DNA of 58,810 nt from Bacteroidota bacterium. Lineage in GTDB: Bacteria > Bacteroidota > Bacteroidia > Bacteroidales > F082. The translations under genes were made by a program, and so were the position numbers. Where the stretch lies: the NCBI GenBank assembly GCA_024280235.1, contig JAJRQN010000238.1:1-58810 (forward strand), written 5' to 3'. The notes under the pieces are model-generated. The model was not told the DNA's origin, made no database searches, and saw only the letters and a program-made list of their open reading frames with translations. Positions 30,899-43,200 of this stretch are shown one piece after another; positions within the stretch are counted from its first letter, which is position 1; each line of letters starts with the position of its first letter.

Positions 30899-33553
30899 AT
30901 GGAATTTTTATATAAGGAATTTGATACAGGCTCAAGGTTTGACAAGAGAATTGACAATGCGGAAATGCCCGATTATATTACAAAAAATTTAAGCTCTGTT
31001 TTTGAACTTCGCCCATACCAGCAAAAAGCATTCAGCCGTTTCATCTATTTCATTAACAACGGTTTTGACGATAAGCAGGGCAAACCTTATCAGCTCATGT
31101 TTAATATGGCTACCGGTAGCGGAAAGACATTAATAATGGCGGGTTTAATTTTGTATTTGTTCAAACATGGTTATCGTAAATTTTTGTTTTTTGTAAATTC
31201 AACAAATATTATCAACAAAACAATTGATAATTTTATCAACACGCGCTCATCAAAATATCTTTTCAATAAAAACGGAATTTCTTTTGACGGCAAAAAAGTA
31301 AACATTAAACAGGTTGATAATTTTGAAGATGCAGGTAAAGACGATATAAATATTTGTTTTACAACCATTCAAAAATTGCACAGTGATATTTATGCCGAAA
31401 AAGAAAACAGCCTGACCACTGAAGATTTTAAAGAACAAAAAATCGTTTTCATTTCGGACGAAGCACATCATATCAATACTAAAACAATAAAACAGACTGA
31501 AATTGAGAGTCTTGCAAAACCAGGTTGGGAAAATACTATTGAGAAAATATTTAATCAAAATTTAGACAACCTTTTACTTGAATTTACGGCTACTCTTGAC
31601 TATGAACATAATAACATTGTTGAAAAATATAAGCCGAAAGTTATTTTCCGGTATGATTTAAGGCAATTTAAAGACGATAAGTATTCAAAAGATGTAAACC
31701 TTTTGCGAAGTGATTTATCTGATAACGACAGAATTCTGCAAGCGGTAATATTAAATCAATACAAACAGGATATTGCATTAAAAAACGGGGTAGATTTAAA
31801 ACCTGTTATTCTTTTTAAGGCTCAAAAATTAATTGCTGAATCTCTTGAAAACAAAGCTAATTTTCATAGGATAATTGAAAATTTAACCAACGAACAGATT
31901 TTAAATATCAGAAATAGTTCAACGATAAAAGTTATTCATAGAGCTTTTGATTTTTACGAAAAAGAAAACATTTCCTTATCTCAATTAGTTAAAAAGTTAA
32001 AACAAAACTTTGCAGAAACCAATTGCATTTCGGTAAATGAAGAAAATCTTGAGAAAAAATCTCTAAAGAAAACCGATAAAGACCAACTTATTGAACAGCA
32101 ATATGTTTTAAACTCATTGGAAGATAAAAACAATCCTGTCAGGGCTATCTTTGCTGTAAATAAGCTTAACGAAGGGTGGGATGTTTTAAACCTGTTTGAT
32201 ATTGTTCGCCTATACAAAACAAGAGATGCTAAAAATGGCAAAGTGGGTAAAACCACAATGGCGGAGGCACAACTTATTGGCAGAGGGGCAAGGTATTTCC
32301 CTTTTAAAATAAATGAAGCTCAGGATAAATATAAACGGAAATTTGACAAACCCAATCATAAGCACGAACTTAAAACTATTGAAGAGCTTCATTATCATAC
32401 AATTGAAGACAGTAAGTATATTTCAGAACTGAAAAAAGCACTTGTAGAATCAGGTATTTATGATGATGAAAATGATTATGTAAAAGTTGATTTAAAACTT
32501 AAAGAAAAATTTAAAGAGACTGATTTTTACGAGAAAGCTGTTGTTTTTGAAAATGAGAAGAAAAAAAACAAATATGATAAAATTCAATCTCTAAGTGATT
32601 TAGGAGTTTCTAAAACAAACATTTCCTTTAAATTACATTCCGGACAGGGCAAAGTTACAAAAGCTTTCGATGACGGCGAAGAGATAAAAGAAGAGCAAAC
32701 AGGAACCACAACCGAAGGTAAAGATGTAAAAGTCAATGAAATCCCATCTCATATTGTAAAAAATGCTTTGGCAAGAAATAACTTCTTTCAGTTTAGTAAT
32801 CTGATAAAATATTTTAAGAAGCTAAAATCCATGAGTGAGTTTATCACTAACGAAAATTATCTCGGTGGCTTCGGAATAACTTTTAACGGAACGGCAGAAA
32901 GGATAAAAAGCATAACCAACCTTGATTATTTTCTATCATTAAATGTTTTGCTCTCTGTGGTTGAAAAAGAAATATCCGGTAACTTACACGAGTATTATGG
33001 AACTAAAGATTTTAAAATTATCACAAAAATCAAGGATAAGTTTACGGATGTTTCTCTAAATATTAATAAAAGAAGTGAAAGAGCACAAAGTCAGGCAGCA
33101 TTTGTAAAAAATAAAAAATGGTATGCTTATGATGACAATTTCGGGACAGGCGAAGAGAAAAAATTTGTAGAAATGTTTGCTCGTAGAATTGAGAAAATAG
33201 AAAAAGCTTATGAAGAAATATTTCTGATCCGAAATGAAAGACAATTAAAAGTTTATGACAAAAAAGGGCGTGGATTTGAACCCGATTTTGTTCTTTTCGT
33301 AAAACAGAAAACTGCCCCGAATATTACTTATCAGATGTTTATTGAACCCAAAGGATCCCATTTAAAAGAACACGATAAATGGAAGGAAGACTTTCTTATT
33401 GAACTAAGAGAAAAATTTAAAGACAAGACGGTTGAATATAATTCAGATAAATATAAATTGACCGCTGTGAAATTTTATAGCAATAAGGAGGAAAACGAAT
33501 TTGTAAAAGACTTTGAAAATGCATTGTTTGACCATCGCCTGACTATCGAATGA
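30899..33553 (+). CDS. res: Type III restriction endonuclease (Res), SF2 helicase plus nuclease
   Basis: LRPYQ, MATGSGKT, DEAHH, FTAT, EGWDV, QLIGRGAR and PDF...IEPKG motifs. Confidence 0.92.
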   Translation: MEFLYKEFDTGSRFDKRIDNAEMPDYITKNLSSVFELRPYQQKAFSRFIYFINNGFDDKQGKPYQLMFNMATGSGKTLIMAGLILYLFKHGYRKFLFFVNSTNIINKTIDNFINTRSSKYLFNKNGISFDGKKVNIKQVDNFEDAGKDDINICFTTIQKLHSDIYAEKENSLTTEDFKEQKIVFISDEAHHINTKTIKQTEIESLAKPGWENTIEKIFNQNLDNLLLEFTATLDYEHNNIVEKYKPKVIFRYDLRQFKDDKYSKDVNLLRSDLSDNDRILQAVILNQYKQDIALKNGVDLKPVILFKAQKLIAESLENKANFHRIIENLTNEQILNIRNSSTIKVIHRAFDFYEKENISLSQLVKKLKQNFAETNCISVNEENLEKKSLKKTDKDQLIEQQYVLNSLEDKNNPVRAIFAVNKLNEGWDVLNLFDIVRLYKTRDAKNGKVGKTTMAEAQLIGRGARYFPFKINEAQDKYKRKFDKPNHKHELKTIEELHYHTIEDSKYISELKKALVESGIYDDENDYVKVDLKLKEKFKETDFYEKAVVFENEKKKNKYDKIQSLSDLGVSKTNISFKLHSGQGKVTKAFDDGEEIKEEQTGTTTEGKDVKVNEIPSHIVKNALARNNFFQFSNLIKYFKKLKSMSEFITNENYLGGFGITFNGTAERIKSITNLDYFLSLNVLLSVVEKEISGNLHEYYGTKDFKIITKIKDKFTDVSLNINKRSERAQSQAAFVKNKKWYAYDDNFGTGEEKKFVEMFARRIEKIEKAYEEIFLIRNERQLKVYDKKGRGFEPDFVLFVKQKTAPNITYQMFIEPKGSHLKEHDKWKEDFLIELREKFKDKTVEYNSDKYKLTAVKFYSNKEENEFVKDFENALFDHRLTIE

Positions 33554-33606
33554 CAACTGCCTGGCTATCCAATAACCATTGCCTGACCACCGCCTGACCT
33601 TTACCT
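33530..33606 (+). repeat. 11-bp tandem array, right flank of the RM island (7 units)
   Basis: GACCATCGCCT GACTATCGAAT GACAACTGCCT GGCTATCCAAT AACCATTGCCT GACCACCGCCT GACCTTTACCT. Confidence 0.85.
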
Positions 33607-33661
33607 GTTTAATTCGTGTAATCCAAAAACCTTATATTTGCTTCACAATAAACCGGCATCT

Positions 33662-35872
33662 ATGTCTCAGGGTATTCAGGAAATTTTTTACAGGAAGATA
33701 AAACCGCTTAATTTTGAGCGAACAATGGGTCTGTTTGGAGCCACCACTATTGGTGTGGGAGCACTTATGGGCGCAGGGATTTACGTGCTGATCGGGGCGG
33801 CTGCAGGAGAGTCAGGACCTTCCGTGATACTCACCTATCTGATAACCGGAATCCTGGCTTATGCTACAACCTTAATGTATGCGGAAATGGGCCGGATTAT
33901 TCCCCGTTCGGGAGGCGGTTATACCTATTCTTATGATATATTGGGCAGCTTAGGCGGTTTTACAAGCGGCTGGTTTCTCGCGCTGGGCAGTATTTTCGCC
34001 TGCGGGGTTTATGCAGTCGGTTTTGCCGAATATACTATTTCCATAACGGGAATAAACGTTCCTGATTATTTGGGAAAGGTTGTGGCTGTGGGAATTACGA
34101 TGCTACTGGCAGGATTGAATGTTTTCACATCGGGAAAGAAAAAACTCAATCTGCAAAACTGGATTATCTGGGGAAATGTAGCTGTTTTGCTACTGCTTAT
34201 CGTATTTTCAGCTTTTCATAGCAAGATACAAAATATTCAACCGTTTTTCCCAAAAAATATCGGTGGGACACTGGGAGCCATTTCTTTAATTTACATTTCT
34301 TTCTTTGGTTATCAGCTGATTGCCAACAATGCGGATGAAATTAAAGAACCTGAAAAAACGGTTCCCAAAGCCATGAAGTTGTCCATGCTTATCGGCATCG
34401 GGATTAATCTGCTCGTTGCCGCAGCAGCGGTGATGACAGTACCGTGGAATGAACTTGCAGCAAGTCATGCTCCGTTAGTATTGTTAGCAAACAAAAGTTT
34501 TGGCGGCAGAGGCTGGCTGCTGATTTCCATTGGCGGCATTATGGCTTCTCTTGGGGCGCTGAGCAGTACCATGACTTCGCAAAGCCGGCAAATTTATGAG
34601 ATGGGCAAAGACAGGTTTTTCCCCGACTTTCTGGGAAAACTTAACCTGAAAACCAAGCAGCCAAAATCGGCACTTCTTGTCGGAGCCGCTTTTGTAAGTC
34701 TTATTTTGGTTTCAGCCGACCTGACATTTATTGCCAAAGCAGCTAACTTCTGTCTGTTGGTTTCACTCTTGCCTGTCTCGCTCGCTCTCAGGAAGATATA
34801 CCGGAAAAACCCGGATATAAAACCAAAAGCGAAATGGAAAAACCTCCTTCCGGAGGTTACGCTTATTATCAATCTCGGACTTTTGCTGACGATGGGCGTA
34901 GTTTCGCTGGCTTTTGGCCAGCAGCTGTTGGTGACAGGAGCTGCCGTTTATTTCTTCTATTCCCGTAAGCGGGAAAAGCGCCACCGGGAAGGACTGAATA
35001 TTGTTCTTGAAGAAGAAAAAAGTTTCTCTTTTTTCACCCGGAATACGCTGCTCGTGCCCATGTCAAATCCGGAAACCCAAAAATCGCTGCTGATGCTTTC
35101 CAATACGCTAATGGCCAAACAGGGTGGCGATATCATTGTGTTGGCGGTTAAAGATGTTCCAAAGGGAAAAGATTTTTATGAGGCACTTTCCGGCGCTCAT
35201 GAGTCGCTCGAAGTGATCAAACGCGGGGTGGAACTGGCCAAGCTCAACAACATAAAGATGACTCCGATCATACGTGCAGCTCACAATGTGGCCAAAGGAA
35301 TTGTTCAGGCCGGTGAGAGTGAAAACAGCAACCTTATTATCATGGGATTCCCACGCCGGAAAACGCCGGGAAAACCCAGCATCCTGAGCCAGGTGATGAA
35401 GATGTCGGTAACGGATATCGTCGTTATGAACCTGAAAACGGCTGTGGGAAAATTTAATCCCCGGAAAATTGCTTTATATGTTAAAAGCACCATTGACCTG
35501 AATTTGATGCTGAACTGTGCCACAGCTGTTGCTGAAAAAAGAGATGCGCGTATTGTCTTGCTGAAATTTCTTCCTGTAAAATATTCAAAAAGACAAAAAC
35601 GGAGGGCAGATAAGTTGATTGTGGAAGCCATTGAGAATTTCAATTCCAGCGCACTTTATGACATTTCGCTGATTCCTACTGATCATCCAAAGGAAGAACT
35701 CCTGAAATATTCTACCAAAGTCGATCTGCTTATTATCAGCGCCGAACGTGGTATCAAAACGGCAAAATCCATTGAGGAGAGTGATGCTTTCCGTATCTCC
35801 GAACAAGCTGATTGCTCGGTACTCATGGTGAAAAGTGTGAGTAAAATGAAAAAACTGGCTGCCAACCTTTAA
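33662..35872 (+). CDS. APC-family amino acid permease fused to two universal-stress-protein-like domains
   Basis: GALMGAGIY, YAEMG..IP.SGG and EEI/DEIKEP motifs; C-terminal LLVPMSNP, LIIMG and DCSVLMVK. Confidence 0.85.
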   Translation: MSQGIQEIFYRKIKPLNFERTMGLFGATTIGVGALMGAGIYVLIGAAAGESGPSVILTYLITGILAYATTLMYAEMGRIIPRSGGGYTYSYDILGSLGGFTSGWFLALGSIFACGVYAVGFAEYTISITGINVPDYLGKVVAVGITMLLAGLNVFTSGKKKLNLQNWIIWGNVAVLLLLIVFSAFHSKIQNIQPFFPKNIGGTLGAISLIYISFFGYQLIANNADEIKEPEKTVPKAMKLSMLIGIGINLLVAAAAVMTVPWNELAASHAPLVLLANKSFGGRGWLLISIGGIMASLGALSSTMTSQSRQIYEMGKDRFFPDFLGKLNLKTKQPKSALLVGAAFVSLILVSADLTFIAKAANFCLLVSLLPVSLALRKIYRKNPDIKPKAKWKNLLPEVTLIINLGLLLTMGVVSLAFGQQLLVTGAAVYFFYSRKREKRHREGLNIVLEEEKSFSFFTRNTLLVPMSNPETQKSLLMLSNTLMAKQGGDIIVLAVKDVPKGKDFYEALSGAHESLEVIKRGVELAKLNNIKMTPIIRAAHNVAKGIVQAGESENSNLIIMGFPRRKTPGKPSILSQVMKMSVTDIVVMNLKTAVGKFNPRKIALYVKSTIDLNLMLNCATAVAEKRDARIVLLKFLPVKYSKRQKRRADKLIVEAIENFNSSALYDISLIPTDHPKEELLKYSTKVDLLIISAERGIKTAKSIEESDAFRISEQADCSVLMVKSVSKMKKLAANL

Positions 35873-36888
35873 TATCTTTCTACCCGGATAATGTCAGCAG
35901 CTGTATTCACCCACCGCTCATCATCGTTCAGGCTTTTTACGAGAACTAGTTTTTCACCTCCGTGTGCACGAAACAATGTGCCGTAACCATCCTCTATTTC
36001 CACCAGCGATTCCAGACAGTCGGCAACAAACGAAGGAACGGTAACAAGGATTTTTTTCGCTCCTTTTGCAGCCAATTCTTTGATAAGCTCGTCCGTAAAA
36101 GGGCTGAGCCAGTTTTTGGAAAAACGCGACTGAAATGCTACTGAATATTGTTCTTCCGACAGTCCCAGCTTTTTTGTCAGGAGGCGGGTTGTTTCATAAC
36201 AAGTAGCTTTGTAACAATGGCTGCCGTGTACCGGCATCTGTTTTTCACACAGGCATGTGTCGGAAGAAATTTCCGGATGCACCTTATCTACCTGCCGCAA
36301 TGGAAGTCCGTGATAAGAAAAAATAATATGATCAAAAGCCTCCGGATGACAAGCTTCAATATTTTGGGCAAAAGCCTCCAGAAATCCGGGATGGTCATAA
36401 AACTGGTTGACAAAACGCAGTTCGGGAATCACCTGCCAGCGACTGACTTCGTTCATAACAAATTCCATAATGGTGCCGGTGATGGAAGAGGCATACTGCG
36501 GAAACAGCGGGAAGACAATCAACTCATCAAAGTTTTGTTCCTTAACTTGTTGCAAGACCTTTTTCAGGGATGGGTTTCCGTATCGCATGGCGGTAAAAAT
36601 CCGGTATTCTTCCCCAAGAACAGGCCGAAGTCTGTCAGCAAATTTTTCCATGTTCAACAACAGAGGAGAACCTTGCGGCGTCCAAAGTTTTTTATACAGT
36701 CTGTTGGACTTTGGTGCACGAAAAGGAACAATAATGAGGTTGACCAGTATTTTCCGGAAAAGCCACGGAATATCCATAATCCGTGCATCGTTTAAGAACT
36801 GCGACAGAAACCGGCGAACCGCTTTTACCTCTGCTTTGTCCGGCGTTCCCACATTGGAGAGGATGACTGCTTTGCGTTGTTTTTGCAT
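35869..36888 (-). CDS. hemH: Ferrochelatase
   Basis: NVGTP, AMRYGNP, PLFPQY, FSYHGLP, FQSR and FVADCLESL.EI motifs. Confidence 0.95.
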   Translation of the reverse strand: MQKQRKAVILSNVGTPDKAEVKAVRRFLSQFLNDARIMDIPWLFRKILVNLIIVPFRAPKSNRLYKKLWTPQGSPLLLNMEKFADRLRPVLGEEYRIFTAMRYGNPSLKKVLQQVKEQNFDELIVFPLFPQYASSITGTIMEFVMNEVSRWQVIPELRFVNQFYDHPGFLEAFAQNIEACHPEAFDHIIFSYHGLPLRQVDKVHPEISSDTCLCEKQMPVHGSHCYKATCYETTRLLTKKLGLSEEQYSVAFQSRFSKNWLSPFTDELIKELAAKGAKKILVTVPSFVADCLESLVEIEDGYGTLFRAHGGEKLVLVKSLNDDERWVNTAADIIRVERY

Positions 36889-37026
36889 TTTTGATAAAAA
36901 AGCAAAGATAGAAAAATCACAACCCTGAACAGAAACATGAAATCATTAGTCAGGGCAAACGCATCATAAATATAATAGTTCTAACAATTCAAGACTACTT
37001 TAACCTGTTATATCTCAGGCTCATTA

Positions 37027-37074
37027 GGATTCCTGCCCGACTGCGTTATTCAGTCGGGCAGGGACGGGAATGAC
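37027..37074. repeat. GGATTC..GGGAATGAC REP-like unit with a nested 31-bp palindrome
   Basis: CCTGCCCGACTG-cgttatt-CAGTCGGGCAGG, a 12-bp perfect stem at 37032-37062. Confidence 0.65.
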
Positions 37075-37101
37075 GTAGTCGGGCACTTTGTCATTGCAGG
37101 C

Positions 37102-37137
37102 AAAAAAAAAGGGTTGCAAAAATTCGCAACCCTTTTT
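37102..37137 (-). terminator. Intrinsic terminator after gdhA
   Basis: A9-GGGTTGC...GCAACCC-T5. Confidence 0.85.
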
Positions 37138-37156
37138 CAATAAGCTGTAATAAATA

Positions 37157-38578
<1,422 letters not shown>

Positions 38579-38739
38579 TCACAACATTATTTGGGGGATA
38601 TTCGTAGTGATTTAAGGGAATCACGTATTGATATATCTGCTTTTTTATCCTTGTTATGGATATGGAATAAGGACGGTACGAAGGTCTGTCAGAAACAAAT
38701 TAAGATACTGGTAGTTACCATCGTGATTTGGATAAAAAG

Positions 38740-38769
38740 AAAAAAGCCATTCCGAGCGAGATGGCTTTT
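38740..38769 (-). terminator. Intrinsic terminator
   Basis: aaaagccat...atggctttt with an A run. Confidence 0.7.
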
Positions 38770-38797
38770 GTGCAAAAAATATTTTAAACAGTCTGGA

Positions 38798-39811
38798 CTA
38801 AATCACCGGATACTGTTTAAAAATTTCGGCTGACCGCATAAGGATATCCACATACTGCGCACGACGATAGGAAAAGGGATCTTTCACATTTTTCATGGAA
38901 AGTTTACCCCTAAAGTCGTCAATTGTGTTATATTTTTTGTTGACCATCCACATCTCCATGTCTTCGAGGATTTTCTGAATCTGTTGTGGGCCGTTTTTAT
39001 AAATAGTGCTTACGACCTGAACAGTATCCGCTCCGGCAAGAAGCATCTTTATCACATCTTCGGCAGTAAAAATACCCGTGTTGGCACAAACATCACAGTT
39101 CAACTGGTCATAAAGCATCCCTGCGTACCGCAAAGGCAAGCGGTTGTCCAACTCATTACTCAGGTTATAAGGAAAATGCATCTTTTCGCTGTCGATATTG
39201 ATGTCAGGCTGAAACAAGCGGTTAAAAAGAACCAATCCGTCAACGCCTCTTTTGTCCATTTCTTTAAAAACATAGAGCGGGTTGGTATAAAACGGGCTTA
39301 ATTTTACACTTACCGGAATATTCACGGCTTTCTTAACACCGGCAATCACATCCAACTCCTCGTTGATAATGGCCCTGCCTTCCATATCAAATTCACGGGG
39401 ATTATTGTAAAAATTCAGTTCCAATGCATCGGCACCGGCCTCTTCAAGTTTTTTAGCCCATTCGTACCAGGTATCATCAAAAACAGCATTCAGACTGGCG
39501 ACAAGAGGAATGCGAACAGCTTTTCTCGCTTCTTTAAAATGCATGAGAAATTCTTCAGGACCGGTTTCATAAACGTCATGGGGAAAGATACTGGTCATTT
39601 CGGCATTACGTTCTTCATACTCACCCATTCGTTCCTGCATCTCAAGGTTTTCCAGATTTACCTGCTCTTCAAATAACGATTTGTAAACAATAGCAGCAGC
39701 GCCTGCTTCTTCTAATGATTGAAGCATTTTTATATCAGTAACAAGATTGCTTGCCCCGACGATAACAGGATTTTTTAATTCTAATCCAAGATATTTTGTT
39801 GTCAGATCCAT
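38798..39811 (-). CDS. Dihydroorotate dehydrogenase-like flavoprotein (PFOR-associated type)
   Basis: YLGLELKNP, KSLFEEQ, LELN, VKLSP, LFNR..QPD and LLAGA motifs. Confidence 0.88.
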   Translation of the reverse strand: MDLTTKYLGLELKNPVIVGASNLVTDIKMLQSLEEAGAAAIVYKSLFEEQVNLENLEMQERMGEYEERNAEMTSIFPHDVYETGPEEFLMHFKEARKAVRIPLVASLNAVFDDTWYEWAKKLEEAGADALELNFYNNPREFDMEGRAIINEELDVIAGVKKAVNIPVSVKLSPFYTNPLYVFKEMDKRGVDGLVLFNRLFQPDINIDSEKMHFPYNLSNELDNRLPLRYAGMLYDQLNCDVCANTGIFTAEDVIKMLLAGADTVQVVSTIYKNGPQQIQKILEDMEMWMVNKKYNTIDDFRGKLSMKNVKDPFSYRRAQYVDILMRSAEIFKQYPVI

Positions 39812-40268
39812 GGTAAAATTTTTTTAATTTATCTTTTAGTATCCTAAATATGCCTAAAGAAAAACTGCTGACCCTACGGACCTTTTTGTTTTCATTGCAT
39901 TTCAACAGCCTTCTTCTTGTGTATCAACAGCTGCAAAATAAAATCGGACTTTACTCTGCCCGGCTACTGTCCATTGAAAAACTCACTTCACTTTAAACAT
40001 ATTCGTGCAGTAAAAATAAACAAATTTACGATTCGGCCAAAACGGCAGTAATCTAAAATCGTTTTAAATTGAGGAAAGCCATCGCTTATCAACGATATAT
40101 ATAAGGTGAATCAATAGATAAAAATTGTATTTTTGCATTCAGTTTTCAAAACAAAGAATTTGAGACTTAAACAATTGATAATTAATTGGATACAGTTGTA
40201 ATTTGATAATTTTGAAAATAAAAATTAATTTAGAAAAGAAACTAAATAACTTTTAAAAATTTAGATAA

Positions 40269-43200
40269 ATGAGCGGAAAGAAAAAATTTATTACCTGTGA
40301 CGGGAACTATGCTGCTGCCCACGTTGCTTATATGTTTAGCGAAGTAGCTGCTATTTATCCAATCACACCATCGTCAACAATGGCTGAATATGTGGACCAA
40401 TGGGCTGCTTTCGGTCAAAAAAATATTTTTGGTGAAACAGTTAAAGTTGTTGAAATGCAGTCGGAAGGGGGCGCTTCGGGTGCTGTTCACGGGTCGTTGC
40501 AGTCCGGTGCCTTAACCACTACTTTTACTGCTTCACAGGGCTTGCTGCTGATGATTCCGAATATGTATAAAATATCCGGCGAGTTGTTGCCGGCAGTTTT
40601 CCACGTCAGTGCCCGCAGCCTTGCTTCTCAGGCACTTTCCATTTTTGGTGATCACAGCGATGTAATGGCATGCCGTAATACCGGTTTTGCCATGCTTGCT
40701 ACCGGAAGTGTTCAGGAAATTATGGATCTCGCAGGAGTGGCTCATTTTGTATCCCTGCGTTCCCGGATTCCTTTTGTTCACTTCTTCGATGGCTTCCGTA
40801 CTTCTCACGAAATTCAAAAAGTGGAATACTTTGAAGTAGAAGATTTGAAACATCTTTTCCCATTTGAAGACCTGAAAAAATTCAGAGACAACGCCTTGAA
40901 TCCGGAGCATCCTGTTACACGCGGTACAGCCCAGAATCCTGATATTTATTTCCAGGCACGTGAAGCTGCTACCCGTTTTTATACTCCTGTTCCCGACCTC
41001 GTTGAAGAATATATGCAGGAAATTACTAAGTTGACCGGACGTGAGTATCATCCTTTCACCTATTACGGCGCCGAAGATGACGAACATATTATTATGGCTA
41101 TGGGTTCGGTAACCGAAACCATTCGTGAAACCATTGATTATCTCGTAGCCAAAGGTGAAAAAGTAGGATTGGTAGCAGTTCATTTGTATCGTCCGTTCTC
41201 CACAGATTATCTTATGAAAGCCATTCCTAAAACAGTGAAACGTATTGCTGTTCTCGACCGTACCAAAGAACCCGGTGCCAATGGCGAGCCTTTGTATCTT
41301 GATATGAAAGAAGCTTTCTATGGTCTGGAAAATGAGCCTGTTATTGTGGGTGGTCGTTATGGTCTAAGCTCAAAAGATACTACTCCGGCACAAATTGTTT
41401 CCGTCTTTAAAAACCTTGAGCAGCCGGAACCTAAAAATCATTTCACCATCGGTATTGTGGATGACCTGACGTTCACTTCTCTTCCGTTGCTCCCCGAAAT
41501 AAGCATTTCTGATAAAGGAACCGTTGAAGCTAAGTTTTACGGACTTGGCGCTGATGGAACAGTTGGTGCTAACAAAAATTCAATTAAAATTATTGGTGAG
41601 ACGACAGAGAAATATGCTCAGGCATACTTCGCCTATGACTCCAAAAAATCGGGTGGTATCACTATTTCGCATCTTCGTTTTGGCGACAAGCCTATCCGTT
41701 CTACCTACATGGTGGGGACGCCTGACTTTGTGGCCTGCCACGTACCGGCTTACCTTACCAAATACGATATGCTGAAAGGGCTGAAAGACGGCGGGACTTT
41801 CTTACTGAACAGTATTTGGGATGAAGAAGAGACAAAACGCCGGCTGCCGGACGACATGAAGAAATACATGGCCGAACACAAGATTAATTTTTATACTATT
41901 AATGCCACTAAAATTGCCAATGAAATTGGTCTGGGAAGCCGTACCAACACCATTATGCAGTCGGCTTTCTTTAAGGTTTCCGCAGTAATTTCTTACGATC
42001 AGGCTGTGGAAAAAATGAAAACTTTCATTCATAAAACTTATGGAAGTAAGGGAGATGAGATTGTTGAAATGAATTACCGTGCCGTTGATGCGGGTGGCGA
42101 TGTAACCAAAATAGAAGTCCCTGAAGAGTGGGCAAAAATTGAGGTAAAAGAACAAAAAGCAGCCGATGACGATGTTCCCGCTTTTATCCGCGAAGTGGCT
42201 CGTCCCATAGATCAGCTGAAAGGTGATGACCTCCCGGTCAGCGCTTTCAAAGGTCGTGAAGATGGCTCTTTCCCTGCCGGAACCGCAGCTTACGAAAAAC
42301 GTGGTGTTGCAGTTTCCATCCCCGAATGGATTGGCGATAAATGTATTCAGTGTAATCAATGTGCTTATGTATGTCCTCACGCTGCTATTCGTCCGTTCCT
42401 TGTTGATGAAGAAGAAGAAAAGAATGCTCCCGAAGGCATGAAGTTCCTCGAAACAAAGGGGAAACTGAAACCTTTGAAATATCGTATTCAGGTGAGTGTG
42501 ATGGATTGTACGGGCTGTGGCAGTTGTGCCGATGTGTGTCCTTCTCCTGAGAAATCTCTCGTGATGGAGACTTTCGAATCACAGAAACATGAAACAGAAA
42601 ACTGGGATTACCTTATTAAAAATGTCTCTGATAAAACAACGGATGGCAGAGTTAATAAATTTGTCAGCGTGAAAAACAGCCAGTTTGCACAGCCACTTTT
42701 TGAATTCTCCGGAGCTTGTGCCGGATGTGGCGAAACACCTTATATTAAAGCTGCAACACAATTGTACGGCGACCGCATGATGATTGCCAATGCAACAGGT
42801 TGTTCTTCCATTTACGGCGCTTCTGCTCCGGCAACACCTTATACGGTGAACCCGGAAGGAAAAGGACCGGCCTGGGCCAACTCATTGTTTGAGGACAATG
42901 CTGAATATGGACTGGGAATGGCTACGGGAATCCGTAAAATGCGCGACCGCATTGAGCGTTTTATGAAAGAAGCCATCGAGGCCGGTACTACTGACGAAAG
43001 AAAAGAAGCTTTTGAAGCATGGATTGCTGCCAAAGAAAAAGGCGAAGAATCCAAAGTAGCTTCCGCAAAAGTGGAAGACATACTGAAAGGGGCTGATGAT
43101 GAAGTAGCCCAAAATATCATGGAGCTGGGACAATATCTCATAAAAAAATCCATGTGGATTATCGGAGGAGATGGCTGGGCTTATGACATTGGCTATGGTG

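Noticed and set aside
33530-33606. CRISPR array
   Set aside because: Units are contiguous 11-mers with no spacers, and no cas genes are present.
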